From a virus (taxonomy: Duplodnaviria > Caudoviricetes): 54,215 bases of DNA. A program made the translations under genes and the position numbers. The notes under the pieces were generated by a model that worked only from the letters and a program-made list of their open reading frames with translations, made no database searches and was not told where the DNA came from. Positions 19,154-28,275 of the stretch are shown piece after piece. The first letter of the stretch is position 1. Every line of letters starts with the position of its first letter. The stretch covers positions 1 through 54,215 of IMG/VR virus record IMGVR_UViG_3300010151_000016; one strand, given 5' to 3'.

Positions 19154-20080
19154 ATGCATTGTGTGGTGCATGATAATAAACCAAAACGACCAGGCGACGT
19201 TCTCGTCCTCGATCATCGGAGGCAATTCATTGAATATGTTTCTCCAGCGGTCGCGAGGCGAGCACTCAAGAGTGGGGTTGCCTCAGTCTCTCGTAAAAGT
19301 CCGTTTACAATCATGCTTCCACCAGGAGTGCGACGTTGTCCGCGTCCGCACTCACGCAAGGGAGATAGGACAATGATCAATTTTACTGAATACTTCAAAG
19401 AAGAACGCGATGTGTGGGCACGCTGTCTGGTGCCTGGGCAAGTCGTTATATCGTTTCGCGATTCCACAGGTAGATCTCGTGGTGTGACGATTCCTTACGG
19501 AAAAGATCCCGTAAACTTGTCAGCAACCGCGACCTTTAACGACATAAAGGATTCAGGTAGTGTCCGAAGTTTGTTTTCTGCTGGTGCTCTCATGCTGATG
19601 ACGGTTGAAGAAGTAGAGACCTACTTTGAAGAAAAAGCGAAACGTCGAGGACTCGCAAGCGCGGACGAAGCACGTGCGCAAGCTGCGGAGCGTTACAATA
19701 AAATATATTCTCGACAGAAAATCGGACACGACCTTTCTCGTCCTCCCGCAAGTGCCTCCGTGTTCGATACCGAGGACGGAGAGAAATATGACGGAGTTAT
19801 CCGCGTTGAAGACACAATCACGCCTCGCGTGATGCATTTGTGTCGTCAAGTGGCCTCAGACTTACCAGATAATAACCGCATGCCCGCTAGCGAGCTTTTA
19901 GATGAACTCGAAGCCGTTGAGGGCACTCTCACGCTTGATGACCTGGAATACATCCGGGCTAATGGTACATACCACTCCGTAAAGAAATGGGCTGATGTGC
20001 GATCCCGAGCGAAGATAGAAGCAGATACGGGTGGTGGCATCGAAGATGACATTCCGGCTGAAAGAGTGAAATTACCATGA
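19154..20080 (+). CDS. Post-capsid phage protein with an N-terminal PLMP/RRXRR-like module; probable second start at 19373
   Basis: VLVLDHRRQFIEYVSPAVARRALKSGVASVSRKSPFTIML fits the IscB N-terminal pattern. The in-frame ATG at 19373 has an AAGGGAGA SD. Confidence 0.7.
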   Translation: MHCVVHDNKPKRPGDVLVLDHRRQFIEYVSPAVARRALKSGVASVSRKSPFTIMLPPGVRRCPRPHSRKGDRTMINFTEYFKEERDVWARCLVPGQVVISFRDSTGRSRGVTIPYGKDPVNLSATATFNDIKDSGSVRSLFSAGALMLMTVEEVETYFEEKAKRRGLASADEARAQAAERYNKIYSRQKIGHDLSRPPASASVFDTEDGEKYDGVIRVEDTITPRVMHLCRQVASDLPDNNRMPASELLDELEAVEGTLTLDDLEYIRANGTYHSVKKWADVRSRAKIEADTGGGIEDDIPAERVKLP

Positions 20081-20394
20081 CAGAAACAGCTACAACAGCG
20101 ATGACTGGGCTTTTGGATACAATGGCGCAGGCATACAGCAATCAAGCGTGGGCAGTGCTCGCAGGCGTCGTTTTGATGTTTGTGGTCATGGCCGCACGGA
20201 AATTCGTTCTTCCTGCCTTAGAGCCTACGCACACACGCTGGGTGGCTCTAGGATTGGCTATGGCGACCTCTGTCGGCGTAGGTCTTCAGTCCTCTCAGGA
20301 TTGGTTTACAATCGCTGTGACGGCAATCTCGACAGGCTTAGTGGCAATAGGAAGCTGGGAGACACTCGGAAAGGCGCTGAGGCGCAGTAAATGA
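20077..20394 (+). CDS. Putative holin-like membrane protein
   Basis: 105 aa with about three hydrophobic helices and a basic C-terminus (KALRRSK). Confidence 0.55.
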   Translation: MTETATTAMTGLLDTMAQAYSNQAWAVLAGVVLMFVVMAARKFVLPALEPTHTRWVALGLAMATSVGVGLQSSQDWFTIAVTAISTGLVAIGSWETLGKALRRSK

Positions 20395-20684
20395 AGAGTG
20401 TTTGGGCTTGGTTCGTCGCAAGCGCGTTAGTTGTCCTCGCTGGAGTCTTGTATATCTTCAGAAGAAATGACAAAGCACGACGAACCATTTCCGCTTCTGT
20501 CGCTTATAGACAGAAGACCGAGATCGAAAAGCTCAAGTCGAAACTCGATACGGCGCAAGCTGCCGAAGTCGAGAAGATCAAGGCTAACATCGAAGGACGC
20601 AAGTCCAAGATACGCAAGGCGTTTGGCAACGCGGGGATGGCCCCTGGTGAGATTGTTCGTCGCATGCGCAATCTTTCACTTTAG
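20391..20684 (+). CDS. Membrane-anchored coiled-coil protein (i-spanin-like)
   Basis: N-terminal TM (VWAWFVASALVVLAGVLYIF) followed by a charged helical segment. Follows the holin-like gene. Confidence 0.5.
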   Translation: MKSVWAWFVASALVVLAGVLYIFRRNDKARRTISASVAYRQKTEIEKLKSKLDTAQAAEVEKIKANIEGRKSKIRKAFGNAGMAPGEIVRRMRNLSL

Positions 20685-21006
20685 CCTATCCTCAGCTTGG
20701 GCCGATTGCGGCGAAAAAGAACTCGCACACGAGGGCGCACCTGGAATATGGATGCCGTCCGAATGTGCAGAGAAGTACGTTAAAGCCGCCGAAGAACGAG
20801 ATGATCTGAGACTTATCGTCAAGGACTATGAAAAACTCGACCTCGCCCGTCTGCAACAAATAAACACGGCGACAACCGCGCTCGCAGCAACGCAGAGCCT
20901 TATCCCCGATCCTCCTGCTTGGTATGAAGCACCTTCAGTGATGATTGCTGTTGGGATGGTTCTCGGTATCGTGTCGATTACTGTAGCGACCAAGGTGGCA
21001 CAATGA
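20647..21006 (+). CDS. Exported coiled-coil protein with a C-terminal TM helix (spanin-like partner)
   Basis: GTG 20647 gives the signal peptide MRLFVACAIFHFSLSSAWA, and the C-terminus is WYEAPSVMIAVGMVLGIVSITVA. It overlaps the preceding gene. The ORF-track N-terminal extension looks non-coding. Confidence 0.55.
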   Translation: MRLFVACAIFHFSLSSAWADCGEKELAHEGAPGIWMPSECAEKYVKAAEERDDLRLIVKDYEKLDLARLQQINTATTALAATQSLIPDPPAWYEAPSVMIAVGMVLGIVSITVATKVAQ

Positions 21007-21317
21007 GAACTATACCTGCTCTACAATTCGGAAGTGGTAGTGCTGCTTCTGTGGACAAGGGATCGGCGGTGGTTACAGTAGCCACAATTGCAGCGAATGT
21101 GAATGTTACGGGCGCAGGAGTTGGCGCTAACATAGACGCACAACTGCCCACGTATAATGCAGATGATTTCAACGCAAATGTAGACGTTTATCACATGGGT
21201 ATTCTCCTTAGAAATGGCGACGACGTAAATATAGGGGATGATCCATCAACAGGTGATCTAAAGTTCGCATTTATATTAGAAGACACAGCAACGATCATTG
21301 TTGTTGTCCGAAGGTGA
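21003..21317 (+). CDS. Hypothetical protein, probably virion-associated (beta-rich)
   Basis: ATGA coupling to the upstream gene; Ala/Val/Thr/Asn-rich. Confidence 0.6.
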   Translation: MRTIPALQFGSGSAASVDKGSAVVTVATIAANVNVTGAGVGANIDAQLPTYNADDFNANVDVYHMGILLRNGDDVNIGDDPSTGDLKFAFILEDTATIIVVVRR

Positions 21318-21329
21318 TGAGGTCATGAA

Positions 21330-21635
21330 TTGAAAGAAACAGAATATACAACAGACGACTTAGCGTTCGCTGCTACCCTTGCAGCACTTGGCGCTACGGT
21401 AAAGGGCGTAGAGTGGCGACCTGATAAACGTCGGTCTGATATTATTTTAGATCTGTCTACCTTAGACCTCAAAATAGCAGCAGGCATGGCACGAAACTTT
21501 GCGACTAGATTAGAAAGCATGTCAGAAGATATTTCGCCAGACGACTTAGAAGTGAGTTTTCGTGGCACTATAATTCATCATTGTTTTACGTGGCTAAACG
21601 ATCTCAGACAAATGGTTTTACGTAGACGCAAATGA
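21330..21635 (+). CDS. Hypothetical protein (DUF5659-like N-terminus)
   Basis: YTTDDLAFAATLAALG pattern; GAGG SD before TTG. Confidence 0.55.
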   Translation: MKETEYTTDDLAFAATLAALGATVKGVEWRPDKRRSDIILDLSTLDLKIAAGMARNFATRLESMSEDISPDDLEVSFRGTIIHHCFTWLNDLRQMVLRRRK

Positions 21636-21743
21636 TGCTTGACGATACGTTGGTCTGTGATCATGGTATGTGTTCACACCTCCCCCGTTCTTCTCCTGCG
21701 ACGAACAAGTAAAAATTTAACTTTCAAAAAAGGAGTAATCTGA

Positions 21744-24700
21744 ATGGCTTCAGGAACTTTTAATACACGCGCCTATCGCTTCCTCATGTGGGACGAGACA
21801 GGCAAACGAACTATGGCTATGCGCGACGATGCTGTCGTCGATTTCACGGCATCTAACGCACACAGCGGGCGACTCGCCCAACTCAAGGTCTCAGAGATCT
21901 ATGCTGACAATGACAGCAAAACTAAATTCTTCGTTGGCACTACCGAAACTCTAACTGTAAAATCTGCCGGTGTTGATGTCGCTGGCGATTTAGTCATTAG
22001 TGGCAACCTCACTGTCAGCGGCACGACAACTACAGTCGATGCAACTAACTTACTCATAGAAGATCCATTGATGGTTCTTTCGAGCGGTGCTACCGGATCG
22101 GCAGCAGTCGATGCTGGCTTCGTTGTCGAGCGTGGCGACGATACAAATGTCGCGCTTATGTGGGACGAGTCCTCAGATCAATGGGCACTGATTTCTACGA
22201 CAGAAGTCGGAACCACTGCGGGCAACGTATCGATTGCCGATTACGGTAACTTGCGCCTCGGCGCTTTGACCGTAGATGACACTATCACGTGCTCTAGTTC
22301 GATTACTGCTGCTGCTGGAAGTGGGTTCCTCTTCGGTTCTTGCGAACTTAGCGAGAGTGGAAGTGCGCTGCTTTTGGGTAACAACACAACTCGTGCTCCA
22401 TCCGTCCAACAGATGACTTCGACGCAAAGAGACGCCTTGACTGCCAGAAATGGTATGATGATCTACAACACCACGACTTCTCAATTAGAGGGTTACGACA
22501 CTGGCTGGGGCGCTTTGGGCTCTGGTGGTTCTGTACCCGGTACGGATAATCTATCTTTTGAGATCAATCAAGATAACACCAGTGAGGATGAAGATCCGTT
22601 CTTGCTCTTGACGGGTGGAGATGGAACTACAGAAAAACACGGTTATCTCAGATGGCACGCAGGCAACGAAGAGTTCGAACTGTATTCAGATGACAATGGC
22701 ACAAGTATTAAGTCGGTATTGAATCTTAATCCGAAAGGTAATGCGACTGATCTCGATTCTGCCTTGTACTTTAATGGCAACGATGACGCGGCGAATATCA
22801 CATACGACGCTGGTACTTATGACTTAGTCATTACCGGTGGAAATTCGATCTCTGCTGCGACGAACTTCGACGCAGAAGCAGGTCTCGATGTTAGCGGTGG
22901 TGCTCTAACCGTCACCAATCAGGCGATTACGCAATCTACTGGTGGACAAGTTACCTTTGCAGGTAATGTGGACGCTGGTGCTGGCCTAGACGTAGCTGGT
23001 GGCGCACTTACTCTTAGTGGTGGTGCTGCAACACTTACAGCTAACGCAGCTTCTTCGTTGACTACATCGAGTGGAGCACTTTTACTTCACGGGGCTAGCG
23101 GAATTAACATCGGCACAACTGCTGATGTGGCGGTCGACTTTGATGCTGCTGCGATGGATATTGATTGTTCAGGCGCTTACACGCTTGATGCAGCGGGAGT
23201 TTCAATTGACGCTGCTTCGGCCTCGAACCTAACGACATCGGCTGGCGCTCTCACCTTAGATGGTGCGGCTGGCATATCGATCATAGGTAACGCGGCAGAA
23301 GTTGATTTGACCACTACCGGCGCACTTGATCTTAATTCAGGTGCAGGTACGTGGGATGCTTCTACACTTAGTCTCGACAGCACTGGCAATACGAATATGA
23401 CGCTGTCTGCTGACTCATTGGAGGATAAGACCTTTACGATCAGTGCCTCTAATGTAGGCACGGGCGACGGTTTTATCACGATTGATGGAGATGCTGCACT
23501 TTATCTCAAATCAACAAGTGGTGGTGTCGTTGTAGAAGAGAACTGGACATTCGCGACAACTGCTATTTCGGGTACTGATCTTAGCATCGACGACGCGGGT
23601 ACGTTCACGATAGACGGTGACACTTCACTCGTTTTGGGGTCTGCTGCGGGTGCAGTAGACATAAATGCGAGCGGGGCAGTCACGGTTGATGGTAGTAGCT
23701 TTAGCTTAGATAGTACAAGCACGTCTAACGTAACCGTAACTGGTGACGCTCTTACAGTTGGAACAGTCACTAGCGGTGAACTGACCCTTCTTGGCGCAAG
23801 CGGTGTATCGATTGCAGGAAGCACTCTCGATATTTCCATGACAGGTGATACGGAGATAGATAGTGCCGGTACAATCAGTATTGGTACTTCTAGCGACGGC
23901 TCTGCTATTTCGATAGGTCACACTACTTCTGAGGTAACGATAAACGACAACCTTACGGTGACGGGTGATTTGACAGTAAATGGTAGTCAGACTTTTGCTG
24001 ACGCTACTACGATTCAAATCGGTGACACGCTCATCGAACTTGCAACAGACAACACAGCGAATGTCAAAGATCTAGGTTGGTATGCTAAATACAACGACGG
24101 ATCTGCAAAGAAGGCTGGTGTCTATTACGATGCCAGTGCTTCTGAGTTCAAGATGGCTAGTGAGCTTGGGACTGAGACTGATGGTGTGCTTGCTGCTCCT
24201 AGTGAGTATGGCAAACTTCATATTGGTGAGCTTGATGCTGATGGCGCTGCGAATATCGCGGGCGCTGCTACGTTGGAAGACTCACTCGATGTGGATGGTG
24301 CGACTACGTTAGACCAAGTGACGATTGATACTACTGATGGCGCTTTCGCTGTGAGTGGTGCCAACGCAATCAGTTTGGCCTCATCAGCCGCGTCATCATT
24401 CGACGTTACAAGTGCGCAGCTTCAATTGAAAACCACCACTGCTGGTGAGTTGGACATTACTGCTGCTGGATTGTTAGACATAAACGCCGCAGCAAACATG
24501 GACATTGACGTCACTGGCACTTATGACATGCTGGCTTCTAGTACCTTCTCTATTGATGGTACTGGGGCATCTAATGTCACGGCGACTTCTGGTGATCTGA
24601 CTGTAAAAACTGCTACAACTGGTTCGCTTATTCTTGACGGTGTTGACGGTGTCAGCCTCAAAGAGAATGGCGAGGATGTTATCGCGATTGATACCAATCG

Positions 24701-25274
24701 TGATGTGTTGTTTGGTCAAACTGGTGGATCAAGTGGTGATCCAGACGTCGAGATTGACGGTTATTTCCAAGTAGACGGAACCGCTGAGTTCAACGCAAAA
24801 GTTCAGATGGATGCCGAAGCTGAGTTCAACTCAGACATGGACATCAATGAGGACATGGTCATCGCGGAGGGTAAGGAAATCCGCTGGGAAGGCTATACTG
24901 CATCTGATACAGATACACCATCGAACAACGATCTCTTCTACATTGTAGAGGAAGATTCTACGATGAAGGCACGTAAGGTCAATGCAACTGAAACAGATTC
25001 TTCTGTCGATACAGCTAGATGCGCAGGCATTTGGCGTACCGGCGATGAAGCTGTTCTAGTCGGTGAGTGTTTAGCGGGAGTCCTCGACGCACAAGCCGGT
25101 TGTAGTATTGGTGATCGTCTCTATGCTTCGCCAGATCTCAAGGGTGCTTTGACTCCCTTAGTTCCGTCGAACAATGGGGAATTTGTGACCAAGGTCGGAA
25201 TCGCACGTAGCACGGCAAGTGCCTCAGCTACGATTGATTTCGTAATTGCAATTGAAGACCCACTTGCACTGTAG
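21744..25274 (+). CDS. Long Gly/Ser/Thr/Asp-rich fibre protein (putative head fibre) with a decoration-like C-terminal domain
   Basis: Two (G/D)(N/D)LTVxG modules, the motif MTSTQRDAL...GMMIYNTTT and many short beta repeats. AAGGAG SD upstream and a terminator downstream. Confidence 0.75.
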   Translation: MASGTFNTRAYRFLMWDETGKRTMAMRDDAVVDFTASNAHSGRLAQLKVSEIYADNDSKTKFFVGTTETLTVKSAGVDVAGDLVISGNLTVSGTTTTVDATNLLIEDPLMVLSSGATGSAAVDAGFVVERGDDTNVALMWDESSDQWALISTTEVGTTAGNVSIADYGNLRLGALTVDDTITCSSSITAAAGSGFLFGSCELSESGSALLLGNNTTRAPSVQQMTSTQRDALTARNGMMIYNTTTSQLEGYDTGWGALGSGGSVPGTDNLSFEINQDNTSEDEDPFLLLTGGDGTTEKHGYLRWHAGNEEFELYSDDNGTSIKSVLNLNPKGNATDLDSALYFNGNDDAANITYDAGTYDLVITGGNSISAATNFDAEAGLDVSGGALTVTNQAITQSTGGQVTFAGNVDAGAGLDVAGGALTLSGGAATLTANAASSLTTSSGALLLHGASGINIGTTADVAVDFDAAAMDIDCSGAYTLDAAGVSIDAASASNLTTSAGALTLDGAAGISIIGNAAEVDLTTTGALDLNSGAGTWDASTLSLDSTGNTNMTLSADSLEDKTFTISASNVGTGDGFITIDGDAALYLKSTSGGVVVEENWTFATTAISGTDLSIDDAGTFTIDGDTSLVLGSAAGAVDINASGAVTVDGSSFSLDSTSTSNVTVTGDALTVGTVTSGELTLLGASGVSIAGSTLDISMTGDTEIDSAGTISIGTSSDGSAISIGHTTSEVTINDNLTVTGDLTVNGSQTFADATTIQIGDTLIELATDNTANVKDLGWYAKYNDGSAKKAGVYYDASASEFKMASELGTETDGVLAAPSEYGKLHIGELDADGAANIAGAATLEDSLDVDGATTLDQVTIDTTDGAFAVSGANAISLASSAASSFDVTSAQLQLKTTTAGELDITAAGLLDINAAANMDIDVTGTYDMLASSTFSIDGTGASNVTATSGDLTVKTATTGSLILDGVDGVSLKENGEDVIAIDTNRDVLFGQTGGSSGDPDVEIDGYFQVDGTAEFNAKVQMDAEAEFNSDMDINEDMVIAEGKEIRWEGYTASDTDTPSNNDLFYIVEEDSTMKARKVNATETDSSVDTARCAGIWRTGDEAVLVGECLAGVLDAQAGCSIGDRLYASPDLKGALTPLVPSNNGEFVTKVGIARSTASASATIDFVIAIEDPLAL

Positions 25275-25287
25275 GAATTAGTTATTA

Positions 25288-25336
25288 GACTGTTGGGGTC
25301 GGGACTGTGTTGCGGCCCCAACAGTCGTTTTCTTTT
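25288..25336 (+). terminator. Rho-independent terminator after the fibre gene
   Basis: Stem GACTGTTGGGGTCG / CGGCCCCAACAGTC followed by GTTTTCTTTT. Confidence 0.85.
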
Positions 25337-25347
25337 GGTGTAATCAC

Positions 25348-26538
25348 GTGCGTCTTCTTATTTTCGGTGAGTCAGTCCTAAGTCAAACTGGACATGCTCG
25401 CGTTGCGCGAGAGATCGCGGACGTATGCCTTTCTCGTGACTGGGACGTTACGCAAGTCGCGTTCAATCACGTTGGAGATAAGACACGCTACAAGAACATG
25501 CGAATTATCCCTGCGCAACTAGGAAACAGTGTCACTGTTTATGGAGAGGACATTGTCTACAGAGAATACTTAGACGGCGAGTATGAGGCATTACTCATTA
25601 TTCAAGATCTCGAAGTAGGGACGAAATGGGCCTCTAACTTAGCTGTTATACGTGAACAAAGATCTGTCGTAGGGCGTCCTTATTGCCCAATATTCTATTA
25701 TTTCCCGGTCGACGGTCCTTACGAACACGATGTCGACCTCGTTCTAATCGCGGATACAATCGTTACGCATACTCGTTGGGGTCGCGAACTCCTTCGAGAT
25801 ATAATACCGAACGAAACTTTTGAAAGACTGAACGTCATTCCACATGGAACAAACGTTGACGTGTTCCATCCATTGACTGAGACCGAAAGAAAAGAAGCGC
25901 GTAAAGACATATTCTTCGTTGATGATGAAGACACATTTGTAGTCGTTTCCGTTAACCGGAATTCTGCTCGCAAAGACCTATTCCAAGTCATGCAAACGAT
26001 GGCTTCCCTGAAGCGCCGTAAAAGGGTGCCCAGACCATTTTTATACGTGCATACCGCTGCGATAGACAATGGGATCAATCTCGAAGCACAAACGCGCTGC
26101 CTGGGCCTGAGAACCAAGCGCGACGTACTTCTCGCTTCGCCCGGTCGCCTAAAATGGTCCGACGAAGAACTAAGCCGCGTGTATGCCGCTGCTGATTGCA
26201 TGCTCATTACAGCCCGAAGAGAGTCTTGGGGGCTAAGTGTCACTGAAGCGATGGCAGCAGGTTGTCCTGTCGTAGCCCCAGACTACGGGCCATTTAGACA
26301 GCACTTGGGCGATGACAGGGGCTTTCTACATGCGCCAAGTGGATTCATTTGGACTGCCCTAGATAATCGTGGTCCAGGCTGGCTAACCGATCCCGAAGCC
26401 GCCGCTAATCAAATAGAAAAACTTCATGTAAAAGGATTCGATCCTGAACCCGCACGACGATACGTAGAGAGCGCGACTTGGTCCGCTGTCGGAGAAATGT
26501 GGGCAGACTTATTGGAGAACAATACTCATGGAAAATGA
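25348..26538 (+). CDS. GT-B (GT4-like) glycosyltransferase
   Basis: QTGHARV, VIPHGTNVDVFHP, NRNSARKD and RESWGLSVTEAMAAGCPVV (ExxGxxxxEA). Confidence 0.9.
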   Translation: MRLLIFGESVLSQTGHARVAREIADVCLSRDWDVTQVAFNHVGDKTRYKNMRIIPAQLGNSVTVYGEDIVYREYLDGEYEALLIIQDLEVGTKWASNLAVIREQRSVVGRPYCPIFYYFPVDGPYEHDVDLVLIADTIVTHTRWGRELLRDIIPNETFERLNVIPHGTNVDVFHPLTETERKEARKDIFFVDDEDTFVVVSVNRNSARKDLFQVMQTMASLKRRKRVPRPFLYVHTAAIDNGINLEAQTRCLGLRTKRDVLLASPGRLKWSDEELSRVYAAADCMLITARRESWGLSVTEAMAAGCPVVAPDYGPFRQHLGDDRGFLHAPSGFIWTALDNRGPGWLTDPEAAANQIEKLHVKGFDPEPARRYVESATWSAVGEMWADLLENNTHGK

Positions 26539-26609
26539 AATCGACCTCCTACTCAACCAAACACACGCACTAACAATGGAACTAAAGATCTGCGTAAAGG
26601 AGGTAGAAA

Positions 26610-26921
26610 ATGGTAAAAGAAATCGAGAAAATAGCTGCTCAGTTAGACGAGGCAGTGAAAATGGCTACAGACCTCCGTCTGCTAATTGTGACACAGCAGC
26701 AAGAACTCGGAACGGTAGCGAAACGTCTCGACGACCTCGAAACGGATGTAACTCAACTCAGAGAACTAACCACAAAAGTAGCACTGATCGAGCAGTCGTT
26801 GAGTCAACTGGAAGACACCAAGAAACGATGGTGGCCTATTATATTAGCGGTGATGAGTAGTGCCCTTCTAGGTGGTAGTGCGCCTGATGTAATCAAAGCC
26901 CTACTTGGAGCCGCTGGATGA
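26610..26921 (+). CDS. Coiled-coil protein with a C-terminal hydrophobic anchor (XhlA-like architecture)
   Basis: AAGGAGG SD, heptad pattern and C-terminal WWPIILAVMSSALLGG. Confidence 0.6.
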   Translation: MVKEIEKIAAQLDEAVKMATDLRLLIVTQQQELGTVAKRLDDLETDVTQLRELTTKVALIEQSLSQLEDTKKRWWPIILAVMSSALLGGSAPDVIKALLGAAG

Positions 26922-28087
26922 CTCCGAAAGTCCGCTATGTCGGTGCAGTGCTCGACCCTTCCGGTTATGGTCACGCGGCGCGTTCATATATCTCCGCGCT
27001 TGTGGAAGCGGGCGTTGAGGTTACTATCGAGCCTGTTTCTTTCGAGCCGTATGCTACATCATATGGAGGTAAGGACAAGCTCATCCAAGGGCTTATCGAC
27101 CGAGAATTGGATTGGAATGTTCAGATATTACACTTAACACCTGAACAGTGGCACAAGCACATCAAAAGCGTGACGCCTAAAGGAAAGATGCCTTACACTA
27201 TTGGAAACACTGTTTGGGAGACCACGAACATCCATCCGTCCTGGGCGAAGTTTATTCGTGCGTCAGACGTTCTGATCGATGAGCTATGGCTTCCTAATGA
27301 GTTCAACATAGAAGTATTCAAGCGATCATTACCGAACGTCCCGATGACGTGTGTACCGCATGTAGTCGACTACGAAGATTTCGCTGTTCATCCTACGTTG
27401 GAGACTGCGTATGAGGGGTTCATGTTTTTTAGTGTGTTTCAGTGGACACTGAGAAAGAATCCAGAAGCCTTATTGAAGGCTTATTTCACGGAGTTTTCCC
27501 CGGATGAGAATGTTCGTCTAGTGCTAAAGACGTACAAGTCGAGCACGGAAAAAGACGAACAAGACAAAGTCACATATGAAATCGCAGAGATCATACGAAA
27601 CTTGGGGATGAAAAGGAAAGATCTACCTCATCTCGAACTCATACTAGATCTAGTCCCGTTCCCGAAAATGGTTGGTCTTTACAAGCGTTCCGACTGTTTC
27701 GTGTCGCCACATTACGGGGAAGGCTGGGGTCTCGGCATGTCAGATGCTATGGCCTGCGAGACACCTGTAATCGCGACCTCATGGTCAGGCAACATGGAGT
27801 TTTGTCGTTATGATCCACTGAACTTTTACCCTGTCGGCTATCAGATGACACCTGTTTATGGCATGCCGTGGATTCCTTGGTATGTCGCGAAGATGGACGG
27901 AGTCACGCAAGAGTGGGCCGAGGTCGATGTTTCCGACTTACGTAGGGCTATGCGAGAAGTTTACGAGGCAACACCTGAAGAACGCGAACGTATAGGACAA
28001 AGAGGACTACGCAGGATTGAGCGATACTCACCGAAAAAGATTGGCTCACTCATGCGTAGTCGCTTGGAGGATATATGCGAGCGGTAA
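26918..28087 (+). CDS. GT-B (GT4-like) glycosyltransferase
   Basis: SGYGHAAR, VWETT, FQWTLRKNP and GEGWGLGMSDAMACETPVIAT. Confidence 0.9.
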   Translation: MTPKVRYVGAVLDPSGYGHAARSYISALVEAGVEVTIEPVSFEPYATSYGGKDKLIQGLIDRELDWNVQILHLTPEQWHKHIKSVTPKGKMPYTIGNTVWETTNIHPSWAKFIRASDVLIDELWLPNEFNIEVFKRSLPNVPMTCVPHVVDYEDFAVHPTLETAYEGFMFFSVFQWTLRKNPEALLKAYFTEFSPDENVRLVLKTYKSSTEKDEQDKVTYEIAEIIRNLGMKRKDLPHLELILDLVPFPKMVGLYKRSDCFVSPHYGEGWGLGMSDAMACETPVIATSWSGNMEFCRYDPLNFYPVGYQMTPVYGMPWIPWYVAKMDGVTQEWAEVDVSDLRRAMREVYEATPEERERIGQRGLRRIERYSPKKIGSLMRSRLEDICER

Positions 28088-28275
28088 TAGGAACAGCCTG
28101 TTTAGTTTTGAGCTTCATCGGTATCTTAGTCTTAGCGGGATTGAGAATTAGTCACACAGACGCAACATTTTTAGAGGTCGTGTATCTTTATGGCATAGAG
28201 ACATGGCTTACTTCTATATTTTTGGGGTTAGGTATCTGGTGCTTAATCAAGGAGTTTGAGCACGATGACTATTGA
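28075..28275 (+). CDS. Small two-TM membrane protein
   Basis: GGAGG SD, two hydrophobic stretches, overlaps both neighbours. Confidence 0.6.
   Translation: MRAVIGTACLVLSFIGILVLAGLRISHTDATFLEVVYLYGIETWLTSIFLGLGIWCLIKEFEHDDY

Noticed and set aside
19064-20080. Intact IscB/IsrB OMEGA nuclease or IS200/IS605 element
   Set aside because: No RuvC, bridge-helix or HNH motifs and no transposase. The upstream non-coding stretch is only about 90 nt, shorter than typical omegaRNAs.
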